This document shows, in pieces, positions 20,601-28,969 of a stretch of DNA of 64,000 nt; positions within the stretch are counted from its first letter, which is position 1, and every line of letters starts with the position of its first letter. Made by a program: the position numbers and the translations under genes. Source of the DNA: Candidatus Hydrogenedentota bacterium (lineage in GTDB: Bacteria > Hydrogenedentota > Hydrogenedentia > Hydrogenedentales > JAEUWI01); NCBI GenBank assembly GCA_034669905.1, contig JAXMOL010000011.1, positions 1 to 64,000 on the forward strand, read 5' to 3'. The notes beneath the pieces are model-generated. The model made no database searches, was not told where the DNA came from, and worked only from the letters and a program-made list of their open reading frames with translations.

Positions 20601-22354
20601 GATTCTGGCGGGTGGTGTTCCCTTAATTGTGCCGCACAGAGGAAATTGGCGAAGTATTCCGTATAGGCTGGTTTGGTGAAGATTTCCTTTACTGACACGT
20701 CCGTGAGCAGACGGTCGATGATGTCGATACTGCATGGGCCCGGTTTTTCTCTAGCGATGAGTGGCTTATCACTAAACGTGAATACCCGTTCCTCACATAT
20801 GCCCGCGAGTTTCGGAAAGACCACGAATGGTCGCCTCGGGTCCGAACTCGGCGGGGAAGGTATGGTCCAGATCGCCGTGTTTCCATCGACCGCCAACCAG
20901 TCCTCCTCGTTAGCCCGAACTCGATAAACCCATTGATGGCCTCGGGTCACGTCGGCCTTGTTCTGATAAATCACCGGAGAATGTTGCAGCGCTCTGGCAA
21001 GCGCTTCGACCTCGTCATTTGAAGCCCTAGTCTCGTTGCGCCAGTTGTGCAATACCGGGATGAGAAGGGGAAGGACGCCCTCCCGGCGAAGTGTATGATT
21101 CCAACATCCACGGACCGAGGCCTCGTCTGAAACGCTAGAAGGTGCGGCTTCGTGGATGCCTTCAATATGCTTTCTACCCGCATCGAGAAAAAAGTCTCCG
21201 TGTAGTATCACTCGCACATTTAATGGGGCCTTGAGTGCATAGTCTTCAGCTCTCCCCACGGGGAGAAAGGCAGCCCAATTAATCTGAAGCATACCTTTAT
21301 CCCCGCGCGTGCACCGTTGAGACAGGATGGTCACGGACGCGTTTGGAGATGCCTTCTCATCAACACTGAGGTCTTCTCCGGTATCCTTGTCCATCCCAAC
21401 GTCCTTGGGCCAGAATGGGGAATTCTTTAGTTCACATAGTTCAACGCTGTTGAGTGACGTCTCGCTACCGACGTAGGAAAACTCTTCCTGAGCATTCTTG
21501 GTTGAATTCCTGCGGTAAACCCGTCCGCGCTTCGGTTGCTCAACGCTGTCCTCGGCAATATCCGGGAAGAGCCTTTGGTTTGACGCGCTGTCGAGTTCCA
21601 CAACAAATTCGCGCGTTGGAAGCTCGTTTGCCGTCTCAATAGTCCAACAAGCTATAGTTCTCAGGTTCTTGAGAAGCGGTAATAGCGTGACTATGCCATC
21701 CTCCGCGTCTCCCCAGGGCGGGGGGGGGTGAGGGCTGTCGAGTTCCACGCTTATCGGGTATGATTCTACGATTGGACTTACACCACCGAGGTCCTCCACT
21801 CGCCGAAGAGGAACCCACAAGCAGAAGAACTCTGGCCCACGGAGCTGTGGGCGTATATACGAATGCAGTCGCTCCAGCGTTGATTGTTGACAGTCATCCC
21901 AATCGGTATGCTTTGATCTTTCGGGGCTTTCCCCGCTCCATGGATTGAGAATGTCCCCATGGAAGGACGAGGGATCGTGTTGTTCGCTATCCGAGTACAG
22001 ATAGAAAAAGGCCTCACACCAGTGAAACATACTTTTCAGACCAAGACCGAATTTTCCTACTGACCCTTTCTCGGCGGCCTTGTATCCAAATCCAAACTGT
22101 TTGATTGCCCGCTCATCAGCTGCAGTGAATCGTCCATTGTTGACGAAGAACACCGCTGGCGATTTAGCGAGGGGGTGCTCGTCATCCGGTAATCCAGGAC
22201 ACCATCCGAAGTCGAATGTAGTTGCTCCCGAGTCATCCGCGTTCTGGATTATCTCTTTCAGTATCGGATAACCATCGTCATAACGATCACGCAGGTTGTC
22301 TCGAATGAGCCGGATATAGGCAAGTGCGGAAGAATCGAATCCTTTTTTGGACAT
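14651..22354 (-). CDS. 2567-aa sacsin-like protein with two GHKL (HATPase) ATPase modules
   Basis: KEIIQNADD...VGKFGLGLKS near the N-terminus and FELFQNADD...TGKFGLGFKS in the C-terminal half; uninterrupted 7.7 kb ORF with RBS GAGGG. Confidence 0.9.
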   Translation of the reverse strand: MSKKGFDSSALAYIRLIRDNLRDRYDDGYPILKEIIQNADDSGATTFDFGWCPGLPDDEHPLAKSPAVFFVNNGRFTAADERAIKQFGFGYKAAEKGSVGKFGLGLKSMFHWCEAFFYLYSDSEQHDPSSFHGDILNPWSGESPERSKHTDWDDCQQSTLERLHSYIRPQLRGPEFFCLWVPLRRVEDLGGVSPIVESYPISVELDSPHPPPPWGDAEDGIVTLLPLLKNLRTIACWTIETANELPTREFVVELDSASNQRLFPDIAEDSVEQPKRGRVYRRNSTKNAQEEFSYVGSETSLNSVELCELKNSPFWPKDVGMDKDTGEDLSVDEKASPNASVTILSQRCTRGDKGMLQINWAAFLPVGRAEDYALKAPLNVRVILHGDFFLDAGRKHIEGIHEAAPSSVSDEASVRGCWNHTLRREGVLPLLIPVLHNWRNETRASNDEVEALARALQHSPVIYQNKADVTRGHQWVYRVRANEEDWLAVDGNTAIWTIPSPPSSDPRRPFVVFPKLAGICEERVFTFSDKPLIAREKPGPCSIDIIDRLLTDVSVKEIFTKPAYTEYFANFLCAAQLREHHPPESLRRLLRHVFQTISLTELGKCRQHVKRLVAEMPASWFVPISEKVPLHGEMIRCAAASGNCPTLIPATYLDGDRPTVADEDALIRVMQTFATPPEELGSRPEYTESCHQFVISLLKEPIAQTVLDRAALRGLRVFNARKVSENRSLLLTLTEIAATDDDGSLYSKSQNDLVKPLQEALSDAAFYTVDSETYRYATGKQESYPCNSINCIRYIDKYRPRLRNPERRKTLLGALLPALDDNQDEVFRRVCRYLLHGDPAAYESDLDLVASVRGERSDVWGRLYHIVLEFKNARWCYVEPELTDLLNPHHQTRLWLVNADRLKTQRLLVEYKADLPRLDMDSLTERERDIILEEIHETDLLKALPIHRTLSGELTHIDATTFLESNVPTCSYVRERTRIVAKHSSPELAKRQEGIIEVLSAGHVLPIVLKAENSETHWALIAEVLRSAKANELNASIDPLRKTKWIPTRMGGVAVSPSQILWIPGLESDIDRLRFPEDLQYAKYSDVIEELWRHAGMKQHLEKLLPSLEDQLEMLGEVLSEHQDFRLGVQVSDEHHLEEFVKVFHGKTILPVADIIHRLSTKALVQWSQIVQGLLPHLSGALSGEQFVSVLEYLSGESESALGESKGKFLGWHSRYLESVQESGRLFEVLPHIRLKNRAGRWKAATNLCINAPGIRREDILNEEQADLLGLHDSASSDDHPDDLTPGEVANKSQTHLSLSDIDGEVAQSAIVLRDYFRTWADRLPDELIGGFLCFLGDLPEIRAVAEQYLGQRSIEKTREALDWPTMSRLGRGASETLEESMREQRFIIRIVSEGEIAVESIAGTRFIAQQSKDVDTIFIGDTFRAVWRDGLNYRVNYLDLRALDPGAIEQDGKLGEILLTSLEQLFARIYFRQVSGVDALWQELGESEQLDVAIAQDMLLDSLFTIIRQMGVDKGHEELRGVLEKYDRVRKQIAETNAKEKSNKYRDSDAEAKYIVRQELIALLEKNSDVQQAILSALRAKVKDFQYSAASIPFELFQNADDATVELLEMRATSAETSSDGAFVIIASENSIRTIHWGRPINKFREGEFDGRDRGFDNDLEKMLVLSYSDKGNTQGKSKVTGKFGLGFKSAFLITDRPRIKSGRLGFEVVSGFWPRLLSPDEQQELNSPLHQFRPDDRNGTLIELPDLTTPAQEVLSDFRRLSPVLLAFSRAITSIRIEELEMEESYHVAWKPEYLDEVNTLYIGQLELMPNDTPSTVLKVNAGRGALLFKLEPTGFAKMPPEIPSVWVTAPTSESSTLGFVINGPFPLDVGRAQLSRDETSYQSLAHEIGREFLSGMEAIYQIANFDWRRFIEKLNMRPELDPYSFWFSVWELLVEPFADSRPQHENNAIRLMRDVLWGEAEGNLRTFYREKYVIPTGLRDAYRAMTRLEDIETRLKGVLERREVFLCASTWGSATDLLRQGSVISSSVDEALQRLGILKRGCAESLSLIDLLELDTGGSGVITAEKALMYGELINRSFMQCDSLEEEEREGLQELLLTYKFGAMDDTAQSARELVIAHDVESNAGDATETDEQLRAAFAPRNRVLAPAYLGMAVEFFRICRRELRAPVTDLVEWALEAQDESRQNAVLRYILDGGLGRDLGRDLREKKAGTWLEDFHDLVYYKDLVQERKDELDGLLGGSSPKDDALAVPGLPPLDPEEVLNRLYEWWLGARESETQDYERKVYPTGSIELPAPSFQFDDIDHRKSWYSLFILGMTHTLGRSRPEQHRSFLSLCREKHWLDVFSAREIEAERWMKVLDEFIDNPQDSEQFSHWMKLFPSFYRVSKSLDEYIEALLAVEYFESVFDLDDITSVRTSPRFQGGGIDAPKITGTLGIGACFVMRELIRGRTVSQPLAHRHCYVPSGRVRNFFSQLGCIFDNQDGAAASVLIHEFIVRFLGEEKATFQLSFDLPFISLLDSRSRQLEILGREIASDSHHVSVWGGSNCEDGDFVTLADGRRIPRERMN

Positions 22355-22834
22355 TATCGCCCCTCTATTCCCGGTTTATGGGTGCCTCGGTTTCTCTGTA
22401 TTCCGGTTCGTGTTTCACCTTCTCTCCCTAGACGCTTCGATTTACATTCACTGCCGCATAGTGAAGGCGCGCAATCTATTATAGCGTACCGCCAAAGGCC
22501 AACCCTAGGCTCCAAGACAGTGTTTCTGGATTCATACGTAGGCGCTGTTCGGCCTCGAATTTGGAAGCTGGCGTATCGAAACGGGGCAAGAGTCGTACGG
22601 CGGTTCACCTCGTTGCTAGACCCTAACAGACTTCTATTCCGGAAACCGGAATCATCCACCCTCAGCAAGACTTGGAAATCACGATGTCGCTAGTGGACGT
22701 AAAACTGAGCACCGTCAGCATCCCGTCCGTTCCTATGCTTTTTCCCTCCTCCCAGCCCAATCCAAGCCCATCAATTACCCCTCCATGTTTCCCAGTCCAC
22801 CCCCCGTATCGCCCGTATCGCTTGTATTCACGGG

Positions 22835-22894
22835 GGGAAACATCCATGGCAACGTTTCACCCCCTGTTTCCACGGGCAGAATCTCCTTACGAAC
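22835..22894 (+). promoter_or_regulatory. Repeated promoter-like element, copy 3 (upstream of the primase)
   Basis: GGGAAAC...AACGTTTCACCCCCTGTTTCCAC...GAAC at the same ~33-37 bp spacing to ATG as the other copies. Confidence 0.7.
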
Positions 22895-22927
22895 GCCGGA
22901 CAAACCCGGCAAACTAAGGAGAAATAT

Positions 22928-25204
22928 ATGAGCAAAGAAATCACCCGATACCCTGAATTACCAACCTCAACAGAAACTGAGATCACAACCGTTCAGGAAC
23001 CCATTTCTGAACGCCAATCATTCATCGATTTAGCAGCCAGCCAAGGATGGCGACTCATCCGTCTTCGGGGGAAGATACCACAGGACAAGGGATGGCCTGG
23101 TTCCCCTGGGTTATCTCAACAGGAAGCACTGAACCATCAGGGCAACCTGGGTGTGATCTGTGGCGAAACGTCAAACAGACTGTTCGTCGTGGACATCGAC
23201 GGAGACGTACCAGAGAACCTCCCAGACACACCCACGGTCATCACGGGCAGTGGCGGCCTACACCTCTATTACCGCCTTCCTGATGATACTGAATTGGCCA
23301 AGGCCAATAAGGTAGGCCATATCGCAGACAAAGTGGATATTCGCTGGAGAGGAGGCCAGGTCGTTGCCCCCGGATCCATACACCCAGATACTGGGGAAAT
23401 GTATAGATGGATGCCGGGCAAGTCCCCCGATGACATTCCCATGGCCGACGTTCCTGATTGGATAGTCGCCGCGCTTCAATCACCACCAGCATCCAAGGAC
23501 GAGAGCAATACGGTGGAAACGAGTTCAACATCGGCCCAAAGTAGAAACAAACTTGTCCAGTCTTCGGCTGACGAGGTACGAAACGCCAAGTCCGGCACAC
23601 GGAACCACACGCTCAATGCCAAGGCCTATACCCTGGGAGGAATTCCAGAGATATCCGATGAGGAAATCTACGAAGCCCTGGCCCAAGCTGCTCTTGATGC
23701 CGGACTATCCGAATCAGAAGCGAGAACAACGATAGATTCGGGTATTCGTGCCGGTAGAATGGTTCCACTGCCCGTTAAATCACCGGTGTCTATTCAGGAT
23801 GCCACCATCTCTGTGGATTCCGTGGAGGCGTTCCAGTTACAACGCTGTACAGATGTGTCGAATGGCATACGTTTCGAGCGGAAAAACACGGGTACCATCA
23901 TGCATTCTGATTCAATGGGGTGGCTCTGTTGGGATGAAAAGCGCTTCGCAGTCGATCCCAAGGGTGCGAGAGAAGCGGCCAAACAGATCTCTGAAGATAT
24001 CACGGACGAAATCAAGTGGCTCGCAAAAAAGATGGATCTACGTAACCGAGACACCGCTGAACTGTTTCAAAAGTGTGTCGAACTCCTGAACAAATGGGCC
24101 AAGACATCGGCCAGCACAAAAGGCATAGACAACATACTTAAAGAGGCCAAGACCACGCCCGGTATCAACGCAAACGCACGGGAGTTCGATGCCGACCCCT
24201 GGCTACTAAATTGCCAGAATGGAACCATTGACCTTCGTAGTGGTCAGCTACTGCCCCACACACCCGATCATGGGATAACCAAGCTGGCTCCAATGGACTA
24301 CGACCCCGATGCCACCTGCCCAAGATGGGATCAATTTCTGTCAGAGATATTGGAGGGAGACCAGGAAATCATCGAATATGTTCGCCGGGCGCTGGGCTAT
24401 TCGTTGTCTGGGGATACATCATGGCAGGCCTGGTTTTTACTCCACGGAAGCGGCGAGAACGGCAAATCGCGGTTCGTCGAGGTTCTACGTACGGCGCTGG
24501 GAAACGATTACTGTCACGAGATTGACCCAGAGGACCTATGCCAGCAGAAATGGTCCAAGCATACCACGGAGCGTGCTGCACTACGGGGTGCCAGGTATCT
24601 TACTTCGGAGGAAACGGACGAAGGCCGGCAACTGGCGGAATCATTTATCAAGGCGCTGACCGGACAGGGAAAGATTCGAGCCCGGTTTATGCGTCAGGAT
24701 TCATTCGAGTTCGAACCGGTGTGCAAATTGTGGCTGAGCACCAACAACAAGCCCGTGGTCAAGGACAGCTCCCACGGTTTTTGGCGGCGGGTACGGTTGA
24801 TTCCCTTCAACGCCTGCTTCGCCAACTCGCCGAGCAAGGATCCGAACCTCAGCGACAAGCTTAAAGCTGAGGCACCCGGCATCCTGGCTCAATTGGTGAA
24901 GTATTCCCAGATGGCACACCAAGAAGGGGAAGGTGATATTCCAACTGCCATCCAGGCCGCAGGCGAAAAATACCGGGGTGACTCGGACATCCTGGGTATG
25001 TTCCTTGACGAACATACAGAACAAGACCCCTATGGCAGCATTTTGAAGCGCGATCTGTACCAGCGCTACTCCGACGAAAATGCCGGGAAGTGCGACAAGC
25101 CAAGGAAGTTCAACGACCGATTGAAGGCTCGTGGTATTACAAGTGGCCATACCCGAGAGGGGGCTACATGGGAAGGCCTCGCCCTCAAAGACGTCTTCTC
25201 CTGA
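22928..25204 (+). CDS. Bifunctional Prim-Pol primase fused to D5/P4-type SF3 helicase
   Basis: VVDID, TGSGGLHLYY, DIRWRGGQVVAPGS (Prim-Pol); LNCQNGTIDL, Walker A GSGENGKS, KLWLSTNNKP, WRRVRLIPF. Confidence 0.94.
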   Translation: MSKEITRYPELPTSTETEITTVQEPISERQSFIDLAASQGWRLIRLRGKIPQDKGWPGSPGLSQQEALNHQGNLGVICGETSNRLFVVDIDGDVPENLPDTPTVITGSGGLHLYYRLPDDTELAKANKVGHIADKVDIRWRGGQVVAPGSIHPDTGEMYRWMPGKSPDDIPMADVPDWIVAALQSPPASKDESNTVETSSTSAQSRNKLVQSSADEVRNAKSGTRNHTLNAKAYTLGGIPEISDEEIYEALAQAALDAGLSESEARTTIDSGIRAGRMVPLPVKSPVSIQDATISVDSVEAFQLQRCTDVSNGIRFERKNTGTIMHSDSMGWLCWDEKRFAVDPKGAREAAKQISEDITDEIKWLAKKMDLRNRDTAELFQKCVELLNKWAKTSASTKGIDNILKEAKTTPGINANAREFDADPWLLNCQNGTIDLRSGQLLPHTPDHGITKLAPMDYDPDATCPRWDQFLSEILEGDQEIIEYVRRALGYSLSGDTSWQAWFLLHGSGENGKSRFVEVLRTALGNDYCHEIDPEDLCQQKWSKHTTERAALRGARYLTSEETDEGRQLAESFIKALTGQGKIRARFMRQDSFEFEPVCKLWLSTNNKPVVKDSSHGFWRRVRLIPFNACFANSPSKDPNLSDKLKAEAPGILAQLVKYSQMAHQEGEGDIPTAIQAAGEKYRGDSDILGMFLDEHTEQDPYGSILKRDLYQRYSDENAGKCDKPRKFNDRLKARGITSGHTREGATWEGLALKDVFS

Positions 25205-25292
25205 TGTGAAGCTGGTGACGGAACCAAAGTAAGACGCCCTATTCAACCAGGTAAATAGGGTGTTAAGCTTTTCAGCGTCACATCCGTCACAC
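25205..25292 (+). repeat. Origin-like iteron unit, copy 1
   Basis: Paired GTGA(A/C)G iterons facing inverted CGTCAC pairs around a CCCTATT...AATAGGG inverted repeat; starts right after the primase stop. Confidence 0.75.
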
Positions 25293-25353
25293 TACCACCT
25301 ATCATGGTGTTTTTACCTGGATTCCCCAGCGGGTCAGCCCACCCCAGACAGAC

Positions 25354-25442
25354 TGTGATGATCGTGACGGAGTCAAAGTAAGATCCCCTATTTCGACGAC
25401 CAAATAGGGTGTTAAGCTTTTCTAGCGTCACAACCGTCACAC
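25354..25442 (+). repeat. Origin-like iteron unit, copy 2 (direct repeat)
   Basis: Shares CAAAGTAAGA, AAATAGGGTGTTAAGCTTTTC and CCGTCACAC with copy 1. Confidence 0.75.
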
Positions 25443-25625
25443 TATCTCCTATCCAGCCTCTCCCACCTTGGGCAAACCATCCAGGCCCCCGGTAGCCTTT
25501 ACAACCACCAAGAAGCCCGCCTCATCACACCCCAGTGGGCTCCTCGTCCATTCTAGGTCCATCCATGGCGGTTTTATTCCTATCGCCCCTTGCCAAGGCT
25601 TGCCTCCCAAAACTTTTCAAAAACG

Positions 25626-25757
25626 TTCGGGACAAATTCATGTAAACGGCGTGAGACGCGTCCGCCGATACAACCACGCCTGAATGAAAACAGCCGCGCC
25701 CCGGCGAGACGGGGATGAACGATGAAAAATTTTGTTTTCCATTCGGGACAAATTCAT
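25626..25757 (+). repeat. 16-bp direct repeat TTCGGGACAAATTCAT (two copies) upstream of the Xis-like gene
   Basis: Exact copies at 25626-25641 and 25742-25757. Confidence 0.7.
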
Positions 25758-25858
25758 AGAAACGAATGAAGGCTCCGCGATTGATTCTTGGCTTGATCAA
25801 CGTAGAGGAGGGTTCAGAGCCAATAAACGCAGCCAGCGCTGCAGAAAGGATCTGCCAC

Positions 25859-26071
25859 ATGGATGAAGAATTCATTACCGAGGCCGAGCTAGCTCAATGG
25901 CTAAAGATCAGCAAGTCCACGCTTCACAAGCTTCGTGAAGATGGGCTACTGCCATTCCAGCTAATCGGCTCCTGTATCCGGTATTCCCGGAAAGACCTTG
26001 ATGACTGGTTACGTCATCGAAAATTTAACCAACTGGAAGGAGGACCAGAAGATGTTCCCTCAAACAAGTAA
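25859..26071 (+). CDS. Excisionase-like HTH_17 DNA-binding protein
   Basis: RBS AAAGGA; FITEAELAQWLKISKSTL...GLLPFQLIGSCIRYSRKDLDDWL. Confidence 0.88.
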   Translation: MDEEFITEAELAQWLKISKSTLHKLREDGLLPFQLIGSCIRYSRKDLDDWLRHRKFNQLEGGPEDVPSNK

Positions 26072-26132
26072 TACCCCAAGAGTAACCGGTAATAACGCCG
26101 GATCCATACAAACTGAAAAAGGAGAAAACGCT

Positions 26133-26594
26133 ATGGATAACACACAATATACCGAAGACGAATTACAGATAATCAAGGATCTTGAGAACGTGAAGATCAA
26201 CCCCAGTACAACCAGTGGCTCACCGGACGAAATCCCTGCGGGAAGCTATCTGGCATCCATTACTAATGCATCCAGATCGATCCATGAAGAGGGTCGGTAT
26301 GACATCATCAAGATGGAAATCAAAATACAGGCGGAACCATATTCAGGCCGTATTCTGAACAAGGTATACCACCAGAAAAATAAGAACGTCATCAAGTTTT
26401 TCAAACGAGAGATGAAGGAGATTGGATTCGAAGTTTCCGGCCGCAACGAACTGGATAGCTTGTGCAAATCACTGGTCGGTACCATCGTTGTTGCGGACGT
26501 GGTATCCAATGAATCTGGCAATCAGTCAATCTACTTGAAGAACGCCAATACTAAGAAAACCGTTACGCCAGTAGACCCCGACTCACTTTGGTAA
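26133..26594 (+). CDS. Probable phage-type ssDNA-binding protein (DUF669-like)
   Basis: RBS AGGAG; IPAGSYLASIT, GRILNKV, LVGTIVVADV pattern; an alternative start at 26052 is possible. Confidence 0.6.
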   Translation: MDNTQYTEDELQIIKDLENVKINPSTTSGSPDEIPAGSYLASITNASRSIHEEGRYDIIKMEIKIQAEPYSGRILNKVYHQKNKNVIKFFKREMKEIGFEVSGRNELDSLCKSLVGTIVVADVVSNESGNQSIYLKNANTKKTVTPVDPDSLW

Positions 26595-26621
26595 GCCGTT
26601 CTTACCAAATATTCCCTACCC

Positions 26622-26647
26622 AAGCCAGCTTTCATGCTGGCTTTTTT
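26622..26647 (+). terminator. Rho-independent terminator
   Basis: AAGCCAGC-loop-GCTGGCTT followed by a T-run. Confidence 0.75.
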
Positions 26648-26650
26648 CCC

Positions 26651-27823
26651 TCACTCCACGGCGTCTGAATCAGAAGCTTTCCCGCCTAGGGGCTTTTCCA
26701 ACACCTTCTGGATCTGTTCCTTCCTGGACTCGTACTCCAGGAGAATCGACTCCTTTTCTTCTTGAAGTCGCCGGTTTTCTCGTTGAAGGTCCTCATTCTG
26801 CTTCGCCAAATCCTGAGCTAACTCCACCAATTCTGGTCCACTTTCCGGCCCGGCTTCGTGGAAAAGTTCATGAAGTCTTCGGCGTCTGGCCGTACTCACA
26901 ATGGATTCGATCGATACTACGTCACTCGGTCCAAATATCTGGGCACGACGACAACAGGCCCGGACGATCTGCATCGTCACTTCATCTTTGCCTAATCTAC
27001 GTATGTCGGGAGGCGTGAAAAACCGGTGGCGTTTTTGATCCGCTTGCGAATGGATATTTACTCCGGGCTGGTAAACACGGATACCGCCATTCCAAGTCGA
27101 AAAGTCTCCCAGCATTTTTTCAAGTTCCTGGTCTACCTCGGTGCTATCCGCCACATAAACCTTTGCCGCACCACAAAGAAGCTTGGCAAGAGGTTCTTCT
27201 AATATGCCTGGCCGCCCGTTATCTTGAGACCGAGAGATATAAACTACTGGACACGATCGGGTAGGGCTCAGGACGGAATTCTTGAAAACTTCCAGACTAT
27301 CTTCGTAAACCCCGATGGGTCGGTCACTCAGAATTTCGTCACCACTCGTGCATTTCCAGTGACGGGAGGTAATCAGGCTCTGAACAATACCAGGAACAAA
27401 AGCACTGGGCGCATCAGGTTCCTCACCGAGGTAGCCTGCCATGGAATAGCGGCTTACCACCACGATTCGAAATGATTTCGGTCCGAGTGTGGCAAGCGTC
27501 AAATCATGGGTCCATCGACGATAGAAAAACTCGCTACAAGGATGAGAAATTCTGCACCCCCAGTAGGTGGGGGCTAGTCCCTCGGTGTTGTAATTCCTGG
27601 AAAGGGTTTCAAAAAATGTCTTGGGAGGGCACTCGTCCTTGAACGATCCGCCCTGGATAAAGGTCTTGGTCTTCAGCGTGTCACGGGGAACGTCCAGCGT
27701 ATCTTCCACCCAGGTACGTATACGCTTGCTGATATCGGGGTATGGATCGTCCCAGGCACTGTTGACACAGGTCGCATCAAAAGCACACCGATAGTGAATG
27801 GTCCCGCCGTATACATCACTCAT
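26651..27823 (-). CDS. Hypothetical protein with C-terminal coiled coil
   Basis: 390-aa ORF with protein-like composition; heptad-rich tail LAKQNEDLQRENRRLQEEKE. Confidence 0.75.
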   Translation of the reverse strand: MSDVYGGTIHYRCAFDATCVNSAWDDPYPDISKRIRTWVEDTLDVPRDTLKTKTFIQGGSFKDECPPKTFFETLSRNYNTEGLAPTYWGCRISHPCSEFFYRRWTHDLTLATLGPKSFRIVVVSRYSMAGYLGEEPDAPSAFVPGIVQSLITSRHWKCTSGDEILSDRPIGVYEDSLEVFKNSVLSPTRSCPVVYISRSQDNGRPGILEEPLAKLLCGAAKVYVADSTEVDQELEKMLGDFSTWNGGIRVYQPGVNIHSQADQKRHRFFTPPDIRRLGKDEVTMQIVRACCRRAQIFGPSDVVSIESIVSTARRRRLHELFHEAGPESGPELVELAQDLAKQNEDLQRENRRLQEEKESILLEYESRKEQIQKVLEKPLGGKASDSDAVE

Positions 27824-28054
27824 TTTTATTGCAGTCTTTCCGTGTAAATCATGGTGGATGGAGTGCCCCGCTGCCTCATTGTACCACAGCCAATCCAGGG
27901 TTCCGAGGCCACAAACTCGGGATCATTTTTGGTTTTTTTTCATCCATGTTCGACTTCAAAAAACCGTATATACGGTTTTTCTCCAATGGCCGACGGTGCT
28001 CATCGAGACGGTACATGAGTCCAGCCCGGTCACAGGATGTCGGCCTTTACCGAG

Positions 28055-28070
28055 GGTTATGCGCATAACC
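28055..28070. promoter_or_regulatory. Palindromic site B (GGTTATGCGCATAACC) in a divergent intergenic region
   Basis: Perfect 16-bp palindrome matching the consensus. Confidence 0.65.
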
Positions 28071-28282
28071 TTTGGGCGTCGTCTTCAACAGAACGTGGGC
28101 CCGCACAATCCCGAATCAAGCACTTGTTTTGCCTGTTTCAGGGACTCAACAACTATATATATCGATTTATAACCCCCTTACCCCCATCCCCGGTTCGACT
28201 CCCATTCAGCCAAGCGTTATCCACCCGTCTCACCCCGCTTCCCGTTCTACCCCCATTGCAAACTTCCCGAAAGGATACCCCC

Positions 28283-28894
28283 ATGCTCATACGAATTCTG
28301 TTCAAATTGTCCCTGGTATTTGCCATTTGCTTGTCGCTGTACGCAGGTATGACCCGGATTGTTCTGCCCCGGTTCATCCAGAGTGACTCACCAGCGGCCT
28401 GTGAAGCGCCTGTGTCGCCCGAGGCTGTGGTAATGCAGCTGAAGGGCTTAAACCAATTGAACTGTGCCCAATCGACTATCCAGACGATAGTCACTACTGA
28501 GGATTCCACCAGGTTCCTCGGACTGCCCATTGGTTCCACTAAGTTGCTCTACATCGGCCTTGGAGAAGTAACAGCCGGAGTGGACCTATCTGAAATGGAT
28601 GTAAGTCAGATTTCCATATCCGATTCGGTAAAGGTCTCTATTCCCCAGGCGCGTATATTGGACTCGAAGATCGATATTGGCCACTCCTATGTGTATGACG
28701 TGAGGGAGTCCGTGTTCTTTGCCCCCGACACAACGCCACTTCAATCCGAGGCACAACAGGAAGCGCTGAAACGAGTTGAAAAGGCAGCTGTCGAAACCGG
28801 TTTGCTTGAATTGGCCAATCAAAATGCAGCAGAAATTTTGAAAAATTTGGTCGAAGACTTTGTAGACAAAGAGGTTACCGTTTTGGTTGAATAG
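28283..28894 (+). CDS. DUF4230-like membrane-anchored protein
   Basis: N-terminal TM, GEVTAGVDLS, LLELANQNAAEILKNL; RBS AAAGGA. Confidence 0.8.
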   Translation: MLIRILFKLSLVFAICLSLYAGMTRIVLPRFIQSDSPAACEAPVSPEAVVMQLKGLNQLNCAQSTIQTIVTTEDSTRFLGLPIGSTKLLYIGLGEVTAGVDLSEMDVSQISISDSVKVSIPQARILDSKIDIGHSYVYDVRESVFFAPDTTPLQSEAQQEALKRVEKAAVETGLLELANQNAAEILKNLVEDFVDKEVTVLVE

Positions 28895-28969
28895 TGGTAG
28901 TCGGGGATGGGATTGGGGGAGCGGGGCAGAGAAGAGTTGCCGCTGTTTTGCCTGCTGGGAGGGCTCTTG

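Noticed and set aside
24701..25246. Long antisense ORFs (also 43321-44043, 50023-50709, 58977-59903, 63376-63969)
   Set aside because: Shadow frames opposite well-supported genes
25205..25442. CRISPR array
   Set aside because: Only two ~88-bp imperfect units, no spacer periodicity and no cas genes in the window
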